Below, in pieces: positions 29,746-42,729 of a stretch of 64,000 nt of DNA. Every line of letters begins with the position of its first letter. Within the stretch, counting starts at the first letter, position 1. The notes under the pieces were generated by a model. That model had not been told where the DNA came from. It was given only the letters and a program-made list of their open reading frames with translations, and did no database searches. This DNA comes from Obrimoposthia wandeli (Eukaryota), in the NCBI GenBank assembly GCA_977020255.1, contig CDROCS010000410.1, positions 372,001-436,000 of the forward strand. The letters are read 5' to 3'. The position numbers were made by a program, and so were the translations under genes.

Positions 29746-30957
29746 ATGAGTTTATTGCTAACCAATACAACAATTGTATCTATGGATCAAAGTGATTCCG
29801 ATTACCAAACCCAACCTCATTGTTACATTGCAATGGCGCACGGTAAGATCGTCGAGATTGGTGCAATGCAACAATGCCCAACAGCCGCTTTCACTAATGT
29901 TATCGATTGCCAAGGCCGCCTTATCACTCCCGGTCTTATCGACAGCCATACCCATCTGGTATTCGCAGGCAACCGCGCTAAAGAATTTGAGCAACGCTTA
30001 ACAGGTGTGCCGTATGAAACCATCGCTAAACAAGGTGGCGGCATCCTATCTACCGTTAACGCCACCCGCGCAGCAACGGAATCTGAGTTAGTCGAACTCG
30101 CAATTAAGCGCCTATCAGCACTGACCGCAGATGGTGTTACAACGATTGAAATCAAATCAGGTTATGGCTTAACGCTTAAAGATGAATTGAAAATGTTACG
30201 TGCAGCCAAACAATTAGAGCAGCACGCCAATATCAAGGTATCAACCACACTGCTCGCGGCCCACGCTGTACCGCCAGAATATAAAGGCGATGCCGATAGC
30301 TACATCCGTTACGTGTGTGACGAAATCATACCCGCCGCTGTTGACGCCAAGTTAGTCGATGCTGTGGATGTATTTTGTGAAGGTATTGGTTTTAACTTAG
30401 CGCAAACCAAAGCCGTATTCGCAACGGCCTTATCGTATGGACTCAACATCAAAGGTCACACCGAACAATTAAGCAATCTAGGCGGTAGTGAACTGGCGGC
30501 AAAAATGGGCGCGACCTCGGTTGATCATATCGAATACCTTGACGAGCAAGGTGTAAAAGCACTGGCTGAACATGGCACAGTCGCCACCCTATTACCTGGC
30601 GCATTCTACTTTTTAAGAGAAACCCAGTTACCACCAATTGAACTGTTGCGTCAACATAACGTGCCAATGGCATTAGCAACCGATTTCAATCCGGGCACCT
30701 CGCCTATCGCCTCATTAACTATGATGATGAATATGGGCTGTACCTTATTTAGGTTAACGCCCGAAGAAGCACTGCGAGGCGTAACTTGCCATGCAGCTCG
30801 TGCATTAGGGTTACAAGACGCTCGCGGCCAAATTAAAGTCGGATACGATGCTGATTTAGCAATCTGGGATATCGACCATCCAGCACAGCTATCATATGAA
30901 GTCGGTACGCCAAGACTACACGCACGCATCTTAAATGGAGCGCTTTGTCATGACTAA
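29746..30957 (+). CDS. hutI: Imidazolonepropionase
   Basis: [41 protein letters not shown]. Confidence 0.96.
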   Translation: MSLLLTNTTIVSMDQSDSDYQTQPHCYIAMAHGKIVEIGAMQQCPTAAFTNVIDCQGRLITPGLIDSHTHLVFAGNRAKEFEQRLTGVPYETIAKQGGGILSTVNATRAATESELVELAIKRLSALTADGVTTIEIKSGYGLTLKDELKMLRAAKQLEQHANIKVSTTLLAAHAVPPEYKGDADSYIRYVCDEIIPAAVDAKLVDAVDVFCEGIGFNLAQTKAVFATALSYGLNIKGHTEQLSNLGGSELAAKMGATSVDHIEYLDEQGVKALAEHGTVATLLPGAFYFLRETQLPPIELLRQHNVPMALATDFNPGTSPIASLTMMMNMGCTLFRLTPEEALRGVTCHAARALGLQDARGQIKVGYDADLAIWDIDHPAQLSYEVGTPRLHARILNGALCHD

Positions 30958-32089
30958 AGCTGTTAATCCACAAACACAAACGACAGTGGCTAATCCTGCC
31001 GCGAACAGCCATGAGCCGAATAGCCACGCACCGACAAGCGCTGATATTTGGCAAGGTCGAATTGACGCCGAAGACGGTGAAGCAGGCATGCGTTTTCATC
31101 AAAAAGTAAAACTAATCAATAACGAAAACCCGCTATTCGATGAAGATGGTGTTGTGCTACTTGGTTTCGCGTGTGACGAAGGCGTTAAGCGTAATAAAGG
31201 CCGTGTTGGCGCAGTACAAGCACCAGATGTGATCCGTAAAGCGTTAGCCAATATGGCGTGGCATCATGACAATCCTGCTGCCATCACTACTAATGAAAGT
31301 ACTAATGAAAGCACTAACACACCGACCTTTATTGATGGCGGCAATATCTATTGTAACGATACAGATTTAGCCCGTAGCCAACAAGAACTGGCGAAGCATG
31401 TTGCAGCCGCATTGAACAAACAGAATAAAGTCATCGTATTAGGTGGCGGACACGAGATCGCTTGGGGCACATTCCAGGGACTTTCTCAGCATTTTCAAAG
31501 CGCTAACGTAAGCAAACCAAAAATTGGCATTATCAACTTCGATGCCCATTTTGATTTACGTACCTATTCAGCTGACGATAAAGCATTCCCGACCAGCTCT
31601 GGCACGCCCTTTAATCAAATAGCCAAACACTGCCAACAACTAGACTGGGAATTTAACTACGCCTGCCTTGGTGTGAGTCGCGCCAGTAATACTCAAGCGC
31701 TGTTTACATTAGCCGATGAGCTCGGCGTTCATTATCGCGAAGACCACCAGCTAGCCTCTTATCTGCTTGCCGAACGTATCGCTGAGTTAACCACATTTAT
31801 AGATAACGTCGATTACCTTTACTTGACCATCGACATTGATGTGTTCTCGGCATGCACTGCGCCTGGTGTCAGTGCACCCGCAGCCCGAGGTATATCCCTT
31901 GAAAGTGTTGAAGCTTTATTACAACCAATCTTTAACGCTAAAACTAACGCTAAAAACGACGCAGGAAAAGCCAAGTTATTAGTGGCAGATCTAGCCGAAT
32001 ACAACCCCAATTTCGATATAGACAATCAAACTGCAAGGCTTGCAGCGCGACTCACGTGGGACATCTCCCGCGCTATGTTCTCAAATTAA
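30950..32089 (+). CDS. hutG: Formimidoylglutamase (arginase family)
   Basis: [43 protein letters not shown]. Confidence 0.93.
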   Translation: MTKAVNPQTQTTVANPAANSHEPNSHAPTSADIWQGRIDAEDGEAGMRFHQKVKLINNENPLFDEDGVVLLGFACDEGVKRNKGRVGAVQAPDVIRKALANMAWHHDNPAAITTNESTNESTNTPTFIDGGNIYCNDTDLARSQQELAKHVAAALNKQNKVIVLGGGHEIAWGTFQGLSQHFQSANVSKPKIGIINFDAHFDLRTYSADDKAFPTSSGTPFNQIAKHCQQLDWEFNYACLGVSRASNTQALFTLADELGVHYREDHQLASYLLAERIAELTTFIDNVDYLYLTIDIDVFSACTAPGVSAPAARGISLESVEALLQPIFNAKTNAKNDAGKAKLLVADLAEYNPNFDIDNQTARLAARLTWDISRAMFSN

Positions 32090-32125
32090 CGAATACATAA
32101 CAGTTTAACTGAAAAGGAAATCCTA

Positions 32126-33796
32126 ATGACTGATAAACGTTTAGATACATCTCGCACTATCATTGCCCCGCACGGCACAAAGCTGAATACCAAGTCGTGG
32201 CAAACCGAAGCGCCATTACGCATGTTAATGAACAACCTACATCCTGATGTTGCTGAGCACCCGCATTCATTAGTGGTTTACGGTGGCATAGGTCGAGCGG
32301 CGCGTGACTGGGAATGTTACGACAAAATAGTCGAAGTACTTAAACGTTTAGAAGATGACGAAACCTTATTAGTACAATCAGGTAAACCGGTTGGCGTATT
32401 TCAAACCCACAGCAACGCACCGCGCGTATTAATTGCTAACTCAAACTTAGTGCCACATTGGGCTAACTGGGAACACTTCAACAAGCTAGATAAAGCCGGC
32501 TTGATGATGTACGGACAAATGACCGCAGGTTCTTGGATCTACATCGGTTCTCAAGGCATTGTCCAAGGCACTTACGAAACATTCGTTGCTATGGCAAAAC
32601 AGCATTTTGATGGTCAAGCACAAGGCCGTTGGGTATTAACCGGTGGTTTAGGCGGCATGGGCGGCGCACAACCACTTGCAGCTACCATGGCAGGTTTTTC
32701 TATGATCGCCGTTGAATGTGATGAATCACGTATCGACTACCGTTTACGCACAGGCTATGTTGATAAGAAAGCCACAACATTGGATGAAGCACTCGCGTTA
32801 CTTGATGATGCAATCAAAGCAGGTAAACCAACCTCGATTGGCTTATTAGGTAATGCCGCTGATATCTTCCCAGAATTAGTTAAACGTGGTGTTGTGCCCG
32901 ATTGTACTACCGACCAAACATCTGCTCACGATCCACTGAATGGCTATTTACCACAAGGTTGGACAATGGCGCACGCTGCAGCAATGCGTAAAGAAGATGA
33001 AGCTGCCGTTGTTAAAGCTGCGAAACAGTCAATGGCAATCCAAGTTCAAGCCATGTTAGACCTACAAAAAGCAGGTTCAGCAACGGTTGATTACGGTAAT
33101 AACATTCGTCAAATGGCGATGGAAGAAGGCGTAGAGAATGCGTTTGATTTCCCTGGTTTCGTTCCTGCTTATATACGTCCTTTATTTTGTGAAGGCATTG
33201 GTCCTTTCCGTTGGGTGGCATTGTCTGGCGATCCAGAAGATATCTACAAAACCGATCAGAAAGTAAAAGAGCTGATCCCAGATAATCCACAACTGCATAA
33301 CTGGCTAGACATGGCGCGTGAACGTATTCAGTTCCAAGGTTTACCAGCACGTATTTGTTGGGTTGGTTTAAAAGACCGTCAACGTCTGGGCCTAGCCTTT
33401 AATGAGATGGTTAAAAATGGCGAACTAAAAGCACCGATTGTGATTGGCCGTGACCATCTCGATTCAGGTTCCGTTGCCAGCCCTAACCGTGAAACCGAAG
33501 GCATGATGGATGGTTCTGATGCTGTATCAGATTGGCCATTATTAAACGCCCTGCTTAATACTGCCAGTGGCGCGACGTGGGTTTCACTGCATCATGGCGG
33601 CGGCGTTGGCATGGGCTTTTCTCAACACTCCGGTATGGTCGTACTTTGTGACGGTACTGAAGATGCACATCAACGTATTAGCCGTGTGTTGCGTAATGAC
33701 CCTGCGACAGGCGTTATGCGTCATGCCGATGCGGGTTATGATCTTGCAAAAACGTGCGCGAAAGAACAGAACTTAGACCTACCGATGCTTAAGTAA
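32126..33796 (+). CDS. hutU: Urocanate hydratase
   Basis: [47 protein letters not shown]. Confidence 0.98.
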   Translation: MTDKRLDTSRTIIAPHGTKLNTKSWQTEAPLRMLMNNLHPDVAEHPHSLVVYGGIGRAARDWECYDKIVEVLKRLEDDETLLVQSGKPVGVFQTHSNAPRVLIANSNLVPHWANWEHFNKLDKAGLMMYGQMTAGSWIYIGSQGIVQGTYETFVAMAKQHFDGQAQGRWVLTGGLGGMGGAQPLAATMAGFSMIAVECDESRIDYRLRTGYVDKKATTLDEALALLDDAIKAGKPTSIGLLGNAADIFPELVKRGVVPDCTTDQTSAHDPLNGYLPQGWTMAHAAAMRKEDEAAVVKAAKQSMAIQVQAMLDLQKAGSATVDYGNNIRQMAMEEGVENAFDFPGFVPAYIRPLFCEGIGPFRWVALSGDPEDIYKTDQKVKELIPDNPQLHNWLDMARERIQFQGLPARICWVGLKDRQRLGLAFNEMVKNGELKAPIVIGRDHLDSGSVASPNRETEGMMDGSDAVSDWPLLNALLNTASGATWVSLHHGGGVGMGFSQHSGMVVLCDGTEDAHQRISRVLRNDPATGVMRHADAGYDLAKTCAKEQNLDLPMLK

Positions 33797-33823
33797 TTGG
33801 TATAAATAATTATGGAGAATAAT

Positions 33824-35356
33824 ATGTACCAACTAACAATTAAGCCGGGATTACTAACACTGGCACAACTTCGTCAAATCAGCCGTTCACCAGTACAGGT
33901 ATCGCTCGACCCAAGTTGTCATGAAGACATTCATGCCAGTACACAGATAGTCAATAATGTCATTGCTGAAAATCGAGTCGCTTATGGTATCAATACCGGT
34001 TTCGGTTTATTGGCAAACACTCGCATAGCCCCTGAAGATCTAGAAACGCTACAACGCAGTATTGTATTGTCACATGCGGCTGGCATCGGCGAGTTCATGA
34101 ACGACGAAACTGTACGTATGATGATGGTGCTTAAAATTAACAGTTTAGCGCGTGGTTTCTCTGGTATCCGCTTATTGGTTATTGAAGCATTAATGCAATT
34201 AGTGAATGCGGAAGTATATCCGTGTGTACCGAAAAAAGGCTCTGTCGGTGCATCGGGCGATCTCGCTCCCCTTGCCCACATGAGTACAGTGTTACTCGGT
34301 GAAGGTGAAGCGCGTCATCAAGGTAAAATCATTACTGGCGAAGAAGCATTAGCGATTGCGGGTATGCAAAAAATAACCCTCGCACCAAAAGAAGGTTTAG
34401 CGCTGTTAAACGGTACGCAAGCCTCTACTGCGTTTGGTCTTGAAGGTCTGTTTGCCGCTGAAGACTTATTTGCATCGGCAACTTTATGTGGTGCAATGAC
34501 AGTTGAAGCCGCACTCGGTAGCCGCCGTCCGTTCGATCCGCGCGTACACCGCGTCCGAGGTCATCGTGCGCAAATGGATTCTGCCACTATGTATCGTCAT
34601 ATTCTCGGTTTTAGCAGCGAACTCGGTAACTCGCACACTGCCTGTGAAAAAGTCCAAGACCCTTATTCACTACGTTGCCAGCCACAAGTCATGGGCGCGT
34701 GTTTACAACAGATCCGTAACTCTGCCGTGATATTTGAAGTCGAAGCAAACTCGGTATCTGATAACCCGTTAGTATTTGCCGATGATGGTGACATTATTTC
34801 AGCAGGTAACTTCCATGCCGAGCCTATTGCCATGGCCAGTGATAACCTTGCACTAGCAATTGCTGAGATTGGCAGTTTGTCAGAACGTCGTATGGCGCTA
34901 TTAATTGATAGCAGCTTAAGTAAATTACCGCCGTTCTTGGTTGATAATGGCGGCGTAAACTCTGGTTTCATGATCGCGCAAGTCACCGCTGCGGCATTGG
35001 CCAGTGAGAACAAATCATTAGCACACCCAGCTTGTGTTGATAGTTTACCTACTTCTGCGAATCAAGAAGATCATGTGTCTATGGCAACATTTGCTGGTCG
35101 TCGCTTAAAAGACATGGCTGAAAACACCCGAGGTATCTTGGCGGTTGAATTGTTGGCGGCTGCACAAGGACTTGATTTTAGAGCACCACTAACATCATCG
35201 CCATTGGTTGAACAAGCGAAAGCGGAATTACGTGAACGCGTGGACTTCTATGATAAGGACCGTTACTTTGCGCCTGATATAGCTAATGCAAACCAGCTTA
35301 TTCTAGAAGCATCTCACAATAAGTTTGTGACTGCGGGTATGTTGCCAAGCGTTTAA
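33824..35356 (+). CDS. hutH: Histidine ammonia-lyase
   Basis: [11 protein letters not shown] motif [28 protein letters not shown] favours ATG 33824. Confidence 0.97.
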   Translation: MYQLTIKPGLLTLAQLRQISRSPVQVSLDPSCHEDIHASTQIVNNVIAENRVAYGINTGFGLLANTRIAPEDLETLQRSIVLSHAAGIGEFMNDETVRMMMVLKINSLARGFSGIRLLVIEALMQLVNAEVYPCVPKKGSVGASGDLAPLAHMSTVLLGEGEARHQGKIITGEEALAIAGMQKITLAPKEGLALLNGTQASTAFGLEGLFAAEDLFASATLCGAMTVEAALGSRRPFDPRVHRVRGHRAQMDSATMYRHILGFSSELGNSHTACEKVQDPYSLRCQPQVMGACLQQIRNSAVIFEVEANSVSDNPLVFADDGDIISAGNFHAEPIAMASDNLALAIAEIGSLSERRMALLIDSSLSKLPPFLVDNGGVNSGFMIAQVTAAALASENKSLAHPACVDSLPTSANQEDHVSMATFAGRRLKDMAENTRGILAVELLAAAQGLDFRAPLTSSPLVEQAKAELRERVDFYDKDRYFAPDIANANQLILEASHNKFVTAGMLPSV

Positions 35357-35404
35357 ATCGTATTTCTGGTAAACGACTAACCTTTGTTCGCAGATATTGT
35401 ATCT

Positions 35405-35482
35405 CATCGAGAGACATTATCTGTGAGCACTACTCACGAATACTATCTACGAACATCATCTAGAAATACTGTCTGCTAACTT
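35405..35482. repeat. Degenerate 13-nt tandem array x6 downstream of hutH
   Basis: (c/t)atc(t/g)-like cores at 35405, 35418, 35431, 35444, 35457 and 35470. Confidence 0.5.
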
Positions 35483-35697
35483 TTTGAATTTACCTATCCC
35501 TCGCTTGCTTTCACAACGCTGACTTCCTTGCTACAACACCAAGCTTTCTTGTTACAACACTAAATAGCCTTAAATATGAGTATTGATTGTTCGATATAGG
35601 ACATTTGTTGTATATTGGCGCCAAAATATTTTATTAAAAACTACACTTTATATTTAAAATTTAGACTTTATATATAGAAGACTAAAAAGGACCTCCT

Positions 35698-36441
35698 TTG
35701 ATTGATTCAACGCTCGCACAGACCATAAACTGGACTACCCGACTTTCTCCACAACTCATGGAGCAGTTGGTATCAATCGCACAGGTAAAGCACAATCTAA
35801 CCACCAGTGAGTTGGAAGGATCGGATATTGCCCATCAAGGCCTCAGCTTTATTCTTAAAGGCACGGTAGCCATCTGTTTACAGACACCGCACCTAAAAAC
35901 AGTTAACAGTATCATTGTCGGTAAAGGTTGTTGGTTTGGTGGCTTTGAGGAAGGTGCTGGAGTATCTGACTATAAACCCTTCTTTATAAGCCAGATCGAT
36001 CCCGTTTCTATCGTCCATTTCAAAAACAGCCAATTAGAGCGTATCGCCTGTAATAATGTCGAGATATACAAATGGTTCCACGGTATGTCATTTGATGTAA
36101 AAGCCAAATGGTTGCAAGCACAAATAATCATGAGTGCGAATACCTTATCCCGTGTTATTTACCTACTACTTGAAGTCGCGAGCAATAGACCTAAGTTACA
36201 AGGCGAAATACCTAAGATCATGATCTCGCAGCAACAGATAAGCCGGATAACCGGTATAGCACGTCAACGCGTTAATGAAGCAATCAAACAGCTCGAAAAA
36301 GATAACATGGTGGAATTAGGACGCAGCTGTATTTATCTCACCAATATAGCCGCTCTGAGCACGAAACTTGATGGCATAGACCTCAGTATTAGCGATCCAA
36401 GAAGTTTCTTTTTTGAATCTCAAATAAAAGGCTGGGTTTAA
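35698..36441 (+). CDS. Crp/Fnr-family regulator
   Basis: Degenerate cNMP-binding region (GKGCWFGG) and HTH ISQQQISRITGIARQRVNEAIKQL. Confidence 0.82.
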   Translation: MIDSTLAQTINWTTRLSPQLMEQLVSIAQVKHNLTTSELEGSDIAHQGLSFILKGTVAICLQTPHLKTVNSIIVGKGCWFGGFEEGAGVSDYKPFFISQIDPVSIVHFKNSQLERIACNNVEIYKWFHGMSFDVKAKWLQAQIIMSANTLSRVIYLLLEVASNRPKLQGEIPKIMISQQQISRITGIARQRVNEAIKQLEKDNMVELGRSCIYLTNIAALSTKLDGIDLSISDPRSFFFESQIKGWV

Positions 36442-36581
36442 GTAATCGTTTATATATGAATGTGAGTCATTTTGACAATTTGAATGCTAATAACCCCGAT
36501 AGGATCCTATTTTGTGCCTATCACGAATTAACCAGTGCTGGTTAATAAGTGAACAACTGTAAAAATAGGCTATAAAATAAC

Positions 36582-36597
36582 CGTGATCAATATCACA
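36582..36597. promoter_or_regulatory. CRP-type site upstream of BCCT
   Basis: cGTGA-tcaata-TCACA with AT-rich flanks. Confidence 0.65.
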
Positions 36598-36776
36598 TTA
36601 TTACTTGGGAGGTAATTGCAACAATAAGTAGTTGATTACAAATGCAATTTAAATAACGTTTGAATATAAACATACAACTTAAAAAACTAAATCGTCAATC
36701 TGACATCCCAGATAACACTGGATAATCGCGTAAATATCGGTATTATCTCGCCCCTCACACCCTTAGTGAGAATTTT

Positions 36777-38369
36777 ATGCAAATAAATGCATGCCAGATT
36801 GGCGAAGAAGTACCCGTAAATACGAATACCTCAGTACGTCGCAAAAGCGACAAATTGGTTCCAGCATTAACGATTGGCTTTATTAGCCTGTTCTTATTAG
36901 CTGCGATCATTGACCTCCCTCGTTTCACAACTATAATTCAAGACTTATTTTCAGCCGCTGCTGGACAATTTGGTTACTTTTGGCAATGGCTAATGGTAGC
37001 AAACTTTGCAGTTGCATTATGCATCGCAGCGACCCGTTACGGTAAAACACGTATGGGCATGAAAACCAAACCCGAAATAGGCACCTTCCGCTGGTTAGCA
37101 ATGATCATGTGTACGCTTTTAGCAGGTGGTGGTGTTTTCTGGTCTGCAGCCGAACCGATTTACCATTTCATTACGCCATCAGCAAGTTATCCAGGCATTA
37201 CAGGATCGACTGTTGAGGCTGTTGTTCCAGCACTAAGCCAAAGCTTTTTGCATTGGGGCTTTCTCGCCTGGTCTGTACTGGGCACACTCGCAACGATTGT
37301 GTTGATGTATGCGCATCACCACCACGGAATTAAGCTACGCCCACGTGCGTTACTTTTCCCTATCGTTGGTAACCGTCTAGAAAACCATTGGTTTGGTGCT
37401 GTGATTGACGCTTGTTCAATCATCGCAGTAGCCGCTGGTACTATTGGTCCAATTGGTTTCTTAGCATCGCAAATGGGCTACAGCCTTGAAGTGCTAACAG
37501 GCCTTAAAAATGACATGAACTCTCAGCTAATGATTTTAGCTGTTGTAGTGATGATCTGCGCAGCATCGGCAGCATCAGGTATGGATAAAGGTTTACAGTG
37601 GCTTAGCCGTTTAAACGTTATCGGTGCATTTGCATTGCTAATCGCAATCCTAATCTTAGGCCCAACACAATTCATCTTTGAACAATTTGGTCGTGCTTTT
37701 GCAGTTTACTTGCAAGACATGCCAACGATGAGTGTGACTAACGACAATCCAGGCTGGAATGTTTGGTGGACTTGGTTCTTCTGGGGCTGGTTCATTGGTT
37801 TCGCACCTATGATGGCTATTTTCATTGCGCGTATCTCTGAAGGTCGTACCATTCGTGAATTAGTATTGGCTGTTGCCGTTGGCGCACCAATCGCGACAAA
37901 CTTCTGGTTCTCGGCATTAGGCGGCACAGGTATCTTCCTTGAGCTGCAAACACCTGGGATTATTTCTGGCCCGTTAGGTGATGCAGGTTTACCTGCAGTA
38001 TTGCTAGCAACATTACAGCAATTACCATTAAGCGAGATTTTGCTTCCTGCATTCCTAGTACTAACAACGACCTTCGTTGTAACGACTGGTGATTCAATGG
38101 CTTATTCTATCGCTATGGTTGTATCTGGTGATAATGAACCAACCCGTGGGCACCGTTTATTCTGGGCTATTATTATGGGTTGTGTGGCTGCGGTATTATT
38201 AGTCGCCGGTGACGGTGGTTTGAATGCATTACAATCATTCATTGTGATCACGGCTGTGCCAGTATCATTCCTGATTGCGATTACTCTGGTAACAGGGCCT
38301 ATGGCTGCAATCAAAATGACGCATGCACAAGAAGCGTTAGCTGCTGAGAAAGAACTAGCACAAGCGTAA
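36777..38369 (+). CDS. BCCT family transporter
   Basis: 12-TM pattern; WLAMIM, GGGVFWSAAEP, FLHWG, WTWFFWGWFIGFAP, RISEGRTIRE. Confidence 0.92.
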   Translation: MQINACQIGEEVPVNTNTSVRRKSDKLVPALTIGFISLFLLAAIIDLPRFTTIIQDLFSAAAGQFGYFWQWLMVANFAVALCIAATRYGKTRMGMKTKPEIGTFRWLAMIMCTLLAGGGVFWSAAEPIYHFITPSASYPGITGSTVEAVVPALSQSFLHWGFLAWSVLGTLATIVLMYAHHHHGIKLRPRALLFPIVGNRLENHWFGAVIDACSIIAVAAGTIGPIGFLASQMGYSLEVLTGLKNDMNSQLMILAVVVMICAASAASGMDKGLQWLSRLNVIGAFALLIAILILGPTQFIFEQFGRAFAVYLQDMPTMSVTNDNPGWNVWWTWFFWGWFIGFAPMMAIFIARISEGRTIRELVLAVAVGAPIATNFWFSALGGTGIFLELQTPGIISGPLGDAGLPAVLLATLQQLPLSEILLPAFLVLTTTFVVTTGDSMAYSIAMVVSGDNEPTRGHRLFWAIIMGCVAAVLLVAGDGGLNALQSFIVITAVPVSFLIAITLVTGPMAAIKMTHAQEALAAEKELAQA

Positions 38370-38405
38370 TAGGCTATTCGCCTTAGGCCAGTGCTCTAAA
38401 AAGCT

Positions 38406-38455
38406 CAGCCTGACTTTATAAGCATATTTGCTAATATTGTCAGGCTGGCTTTTTT
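38406..38455 (+). terminator. Rho-independent terminator after BCCT
   Basis: cagcctgac...gtcaggctg followed by a T-run. Confidence 0.7.
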
Positions 38456-38539
38456 ATAACCTAAAATTCTTTTCTTCTTTCTATCTTTCTATCTATTTTT
38501 CTAAGCTTTTATCTTACCGAAATTCCTGTCTTATCAGTG

Positions 38540-39157
38540 TTAACTCGCATTTTTTATCAATGCTATCGTCACGTCTGCATCTTTATAATCTACAGGTATT
38601 TCAACTGACTTATCGTCTTTGACTAAAAACAGCGAAGGAAAACTGTTGCCACCGATTGAACGCGCAAACCTAATTTCGGTTAATAACGCTTGATGGGTTT
38701 TAAGTGCCAAGAAATCTGTTTCAAATTTAACGATATCTAAACCAATGTCTTTGGCTAATTCCATTAATACAATATGAACACTGGGATTTTTAGCCTGCGT
38801 ATAATAAGCGACTTGAATAGCATATAACATGGTTTCACCAGCACCTTGCTCACGAGCAGCAAGTATGGCGCGACAAGCTGGATAAGTAGCGCGTCGTGGC
38901 GTATTTTCAGTCCAAAATTCATAGTTAAATTGCGTGCCAAGGAAGTTTTCAATTTTCTTCCAGTAAGAGGCTATTTGTGCCTGCATCATTTCCGGCATTG
39001 GTTCATCTGTATCGGGAGCTAACCCACCAAGCACATAGACAACCTCAACATCATCAGTCAGGGCTTGCTTAATTTTCTGCCACACGGGCTTGTAACCCCA
39101 ACACCACGAGCACATAGGATCATAGACATAATATAATTTAGGTTTTACTGACGACAT
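38540..39157 (-). CDS. DsbA/DSBA-like thioredoxin-fold protein
   Basis: YDPMCSWCWG, TYPACRA, SFPSL. Confidence 0.88.
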   Translation of the reverse strand: MSSVKPKLYYVYDPMCSWCWGYKPVWQKIKQALTDDVEVVYVLGGLAPDTDEPMPEMMQAQIASYWKKIENFLGTQFNYEFWTENTPRRATYPACRAILAAREQGAGETMLYAIQVAYYTQAKNPSVHIVLMELAKDIGLDIVKFETDFLALKTHQALLTEIRFARSIGGNSFPSLFLVKDDKSVEIPVDYKDADVTIALIKNAS

Positions 39158-39169
39158 TCAATGGATCCT

Positions 39170-39508
39170 TTAATCGTTACGTTCAGAGTGGTTTTTAGCA
39201 ACAATATCAGAATCTTGCTGAGCGTAGAAATCAACACGAAAGCTAGTATCGTCAGTCATAAATTCAACTTTGTGCCAATACTCAGGCGGAGACACTGCAA
39301 GTTCGCCTTGCTTGATGATAATTTCTTGCTCAATAGCACCACGTCTTTCGGCAAAACCATAAAACTTAAGCTCACCGCTAAGCACATTGATCTGACCGTA
39401 AACACCCGCACGGGTATTATGTAAATGTAGGAACATCTTCGGAATGTTATCAGAGGTAAAAACAGGGGTTGATTTATAATTTACAAAATCTGTAGGGATC
39501 ACAGGCAT
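39170..39508 (-). CDS. DUF1971 (TehB/YeaR N-terminal-like) cupin protein
   Basis: YKSTPVFT...IP..FL..HNT..GVYG, PPEYWHKV. Start ATG 39508 with GAGG RBS. Confidence 0.82.
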   Translation of the reverse strand: MPVIPTDFVNYKSTPVFTSDNIPKMFLHLHNTRAGVYGQINVLSGELKFYGFAERRGAIEQEIIIKQGELAVSPPEYWHKVEFMTDDTSFRVDFYAQQDSDIVAKNHSERND

Positions 39509-39684
39509 AAACACCTCACTTTTATAGAAATATGTAATTGCGCGTTGATAGCTAATTATTGATAACTGACTATTTATAGCTAATGAATATAAAATATACG
39601 CCCATTCTCCATGAGCGCAAGTAAGGTGTGGCAACACTTAGATATGACAGGTGTTAAATCCACACCGATTACTAGTTACTATTA

Positions 39685-41118
<1,434 letters not shown>

Positions 41119-41147
41119 CTAGAGTAAACGATCAAAAACAATAACTA

Positions 41148-41163
41148 CTTGAAGAAGCTCACA
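41148..41163. promoter_or_regulatory. Probable CRP site upstream of bglB
   Basis: Reads TGTGA-gcttct-TCAAG on the - strand. Confidence 0.45.
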
Positions 41164-41364
41164 TTTTTAATATTGAATCAGGTCCACATTGATTTTATTT
41201 ATGTTTTTAGTTGGATATTATAAAGAGAGGGATATATAAATAAAAATTACCAAATATACTTATAATCAGTATATTTGGTAATGTATAACGCAATCACCAC
41301 ATAGCTAAGACATACACTTGGCTCAAGTTGCAGCCCTTGGCAATAGGCTTGCAGCGACCTGTCG

Positions 41365-42003
41365 TTAAACACTACGCATTTGTTGGGCTAACAGCTTCTT
41401 ACCCTGTAATGACAACTGCTCTGCAATGTGCGCTCTCATGTTAGCCGATTTATTTTGGCTTAATTTAAATCGGCCTTCTAACCCAACTATCGACACTGAG
41501 AATACAGTGATCGCCTTGAGCATATGATTAATAGCGGTACTGGACGCAGAATCTAATGTCCAAGGCTGTGCTTGATATTGTTCGAAGTGCGCACTGGTTG
41601 ACGCCATTTGTTGATACTTATCGGCCGGTGTAGTGATTGCAGTAGCGCATCCAGTCACATGAACCTTAATGTAATTCCAGCTCGGCACCATCTGCCCTTC
41701 ACGCTCTTCTACTGGTACGAAGTTAGGAGAGACATAACCATTCTCACCATGAAAAATTAAGCTAATATCAACGCCGTCGTTAGATGTCGATGCCGCGTTT
41801 AGCTTTGCTGCCAGTGGATGGTCGTTACTGACATGTGCCACGATGACGTCATTGTTGACAGCAAAATGACAAGGTATATGACTGATATGTGGCATCTGCT
41901 CTGTATCTATAAATACTAAGGTGGCTAATGGGTCTTGCGAGATGACACAAAATAACAGGTCAAGGTCTTGGTCACGAGACTGAAAATGTTTAGCTGGATA
42001 CAT
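41365..42003 (-). CDS. paiB: FMN-binding PaiB-family protein
   Basis: MYPAKHF, PLATL, HISHIP, GYVSP, VPSWNY..VH, KLSQNK. Confidence 0.82.
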   Translation of the reverse strand: MYPAKHFQSRDQDLDLLFCVISQDPLATLVFIDTEQMPHISHIPCHFAVNNDVIVAHVSNDHPLAAKLNAASTSNDGVDISLIFHGENGYVSPNFVPVEEREGQMVPSWNYIKVHVTGCATAITTPADKYQQMASTSAHFEQYQAQPWTLDSASSTAINHMLKAITVFSVSIVGLEGRFKLSQNKSANMRAHIAEQLSLQGKKLLAQQMRSV

Positions 42004-42033
42004 AATAAAATTCCTTTTGATTAATGTCGGTCG

Positions 42034-42612
42034 TTAATAGCGCGTTAATAAATTGGCTTTAACTTGCGGCCATTCATCATCAATAATGCTAAACAGCGCG
42101 GTGTTTCGATAACTGCCATTTTCTGCGCGACGGTTTTTTCTTAAAATACCTTCAAACTGACCACCGATACGCGCAATAGCATGCCGTGATTGCAGGTTGT
42201 TTTCGTGGGTAGCAATCTCAACACGTGTGAAACCTAACGTTTCGAACACATATTCAAGCAGCAAGTATTTAGCATGGGTATTAACATGACTACGTTGCCA
42301 GGCTGGTGAAATAAATGTGTGCCCAATTTCAACACAGCGATCTTGTTGGTTGAGCCGAAATAATCGCGTCGAGCCAACGACTTGATTTTTTTGTTTGTCG
42401 ATAATGATAAACGCGACTTGCTTACCAGCAGCCATCTCATTGATCGCTTCTTGTATCCAAGCCCGCGCAGTTTCTGTATTTTCGCAACGATTAACTGGCA
42501 TATGCTGCCAGACTTCAGCAAAGTTTCCGGCGCTGCAAAACGCGGGTAAATGCGCTATGGTCATCGGTTCGAGTTTAATCAATTCACTGGTAAGGGTAAT
42601 GGCTTTAAGCAT
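42034..42612 (-). CDS. GNAT acetyltransferase (RimJ/RimL type)
   Basis: VVGSTR, VEIGHTF, SRHAIARIG..FEG.LR, R.TALFSII..EW. Confidence 0.88.
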   Translation of the reverse strand: MLKAITLTSELIKLEPMTIAHLPAFCSAGNFAEVWQHMPVNRCENTETARAWIQEAINEMAAGKQVAFIIIDKQKNQVVGSTRLFRLNQQDRCVEIGHTFISPAWQRSHVNTHAKYLLLEYVFETLGFTRVEIATHENNLQSRHAIARIGGQFEGILRKNRRAENGSYRNTALFSIIDDEWPQVKANLLTRY

Positions 42613-42729
42613 AAGTTAATGTCCTTATTCTGAGTTACTGAAGTTATTATTTGAATCTAAGCATTGCTCAATTATGCCGTCATTTGGTATAACTACTACA
42701 ACCAGAATAAAGATAAATGGTATACCAGT

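Noticed and set aside
33824-35356. HutH as an ergothionase or other ammonia-lyase variant
   Set aside because: Canonical ASG MIO motif and a complete hutUIG/hutC context indicate ordinary histidase.
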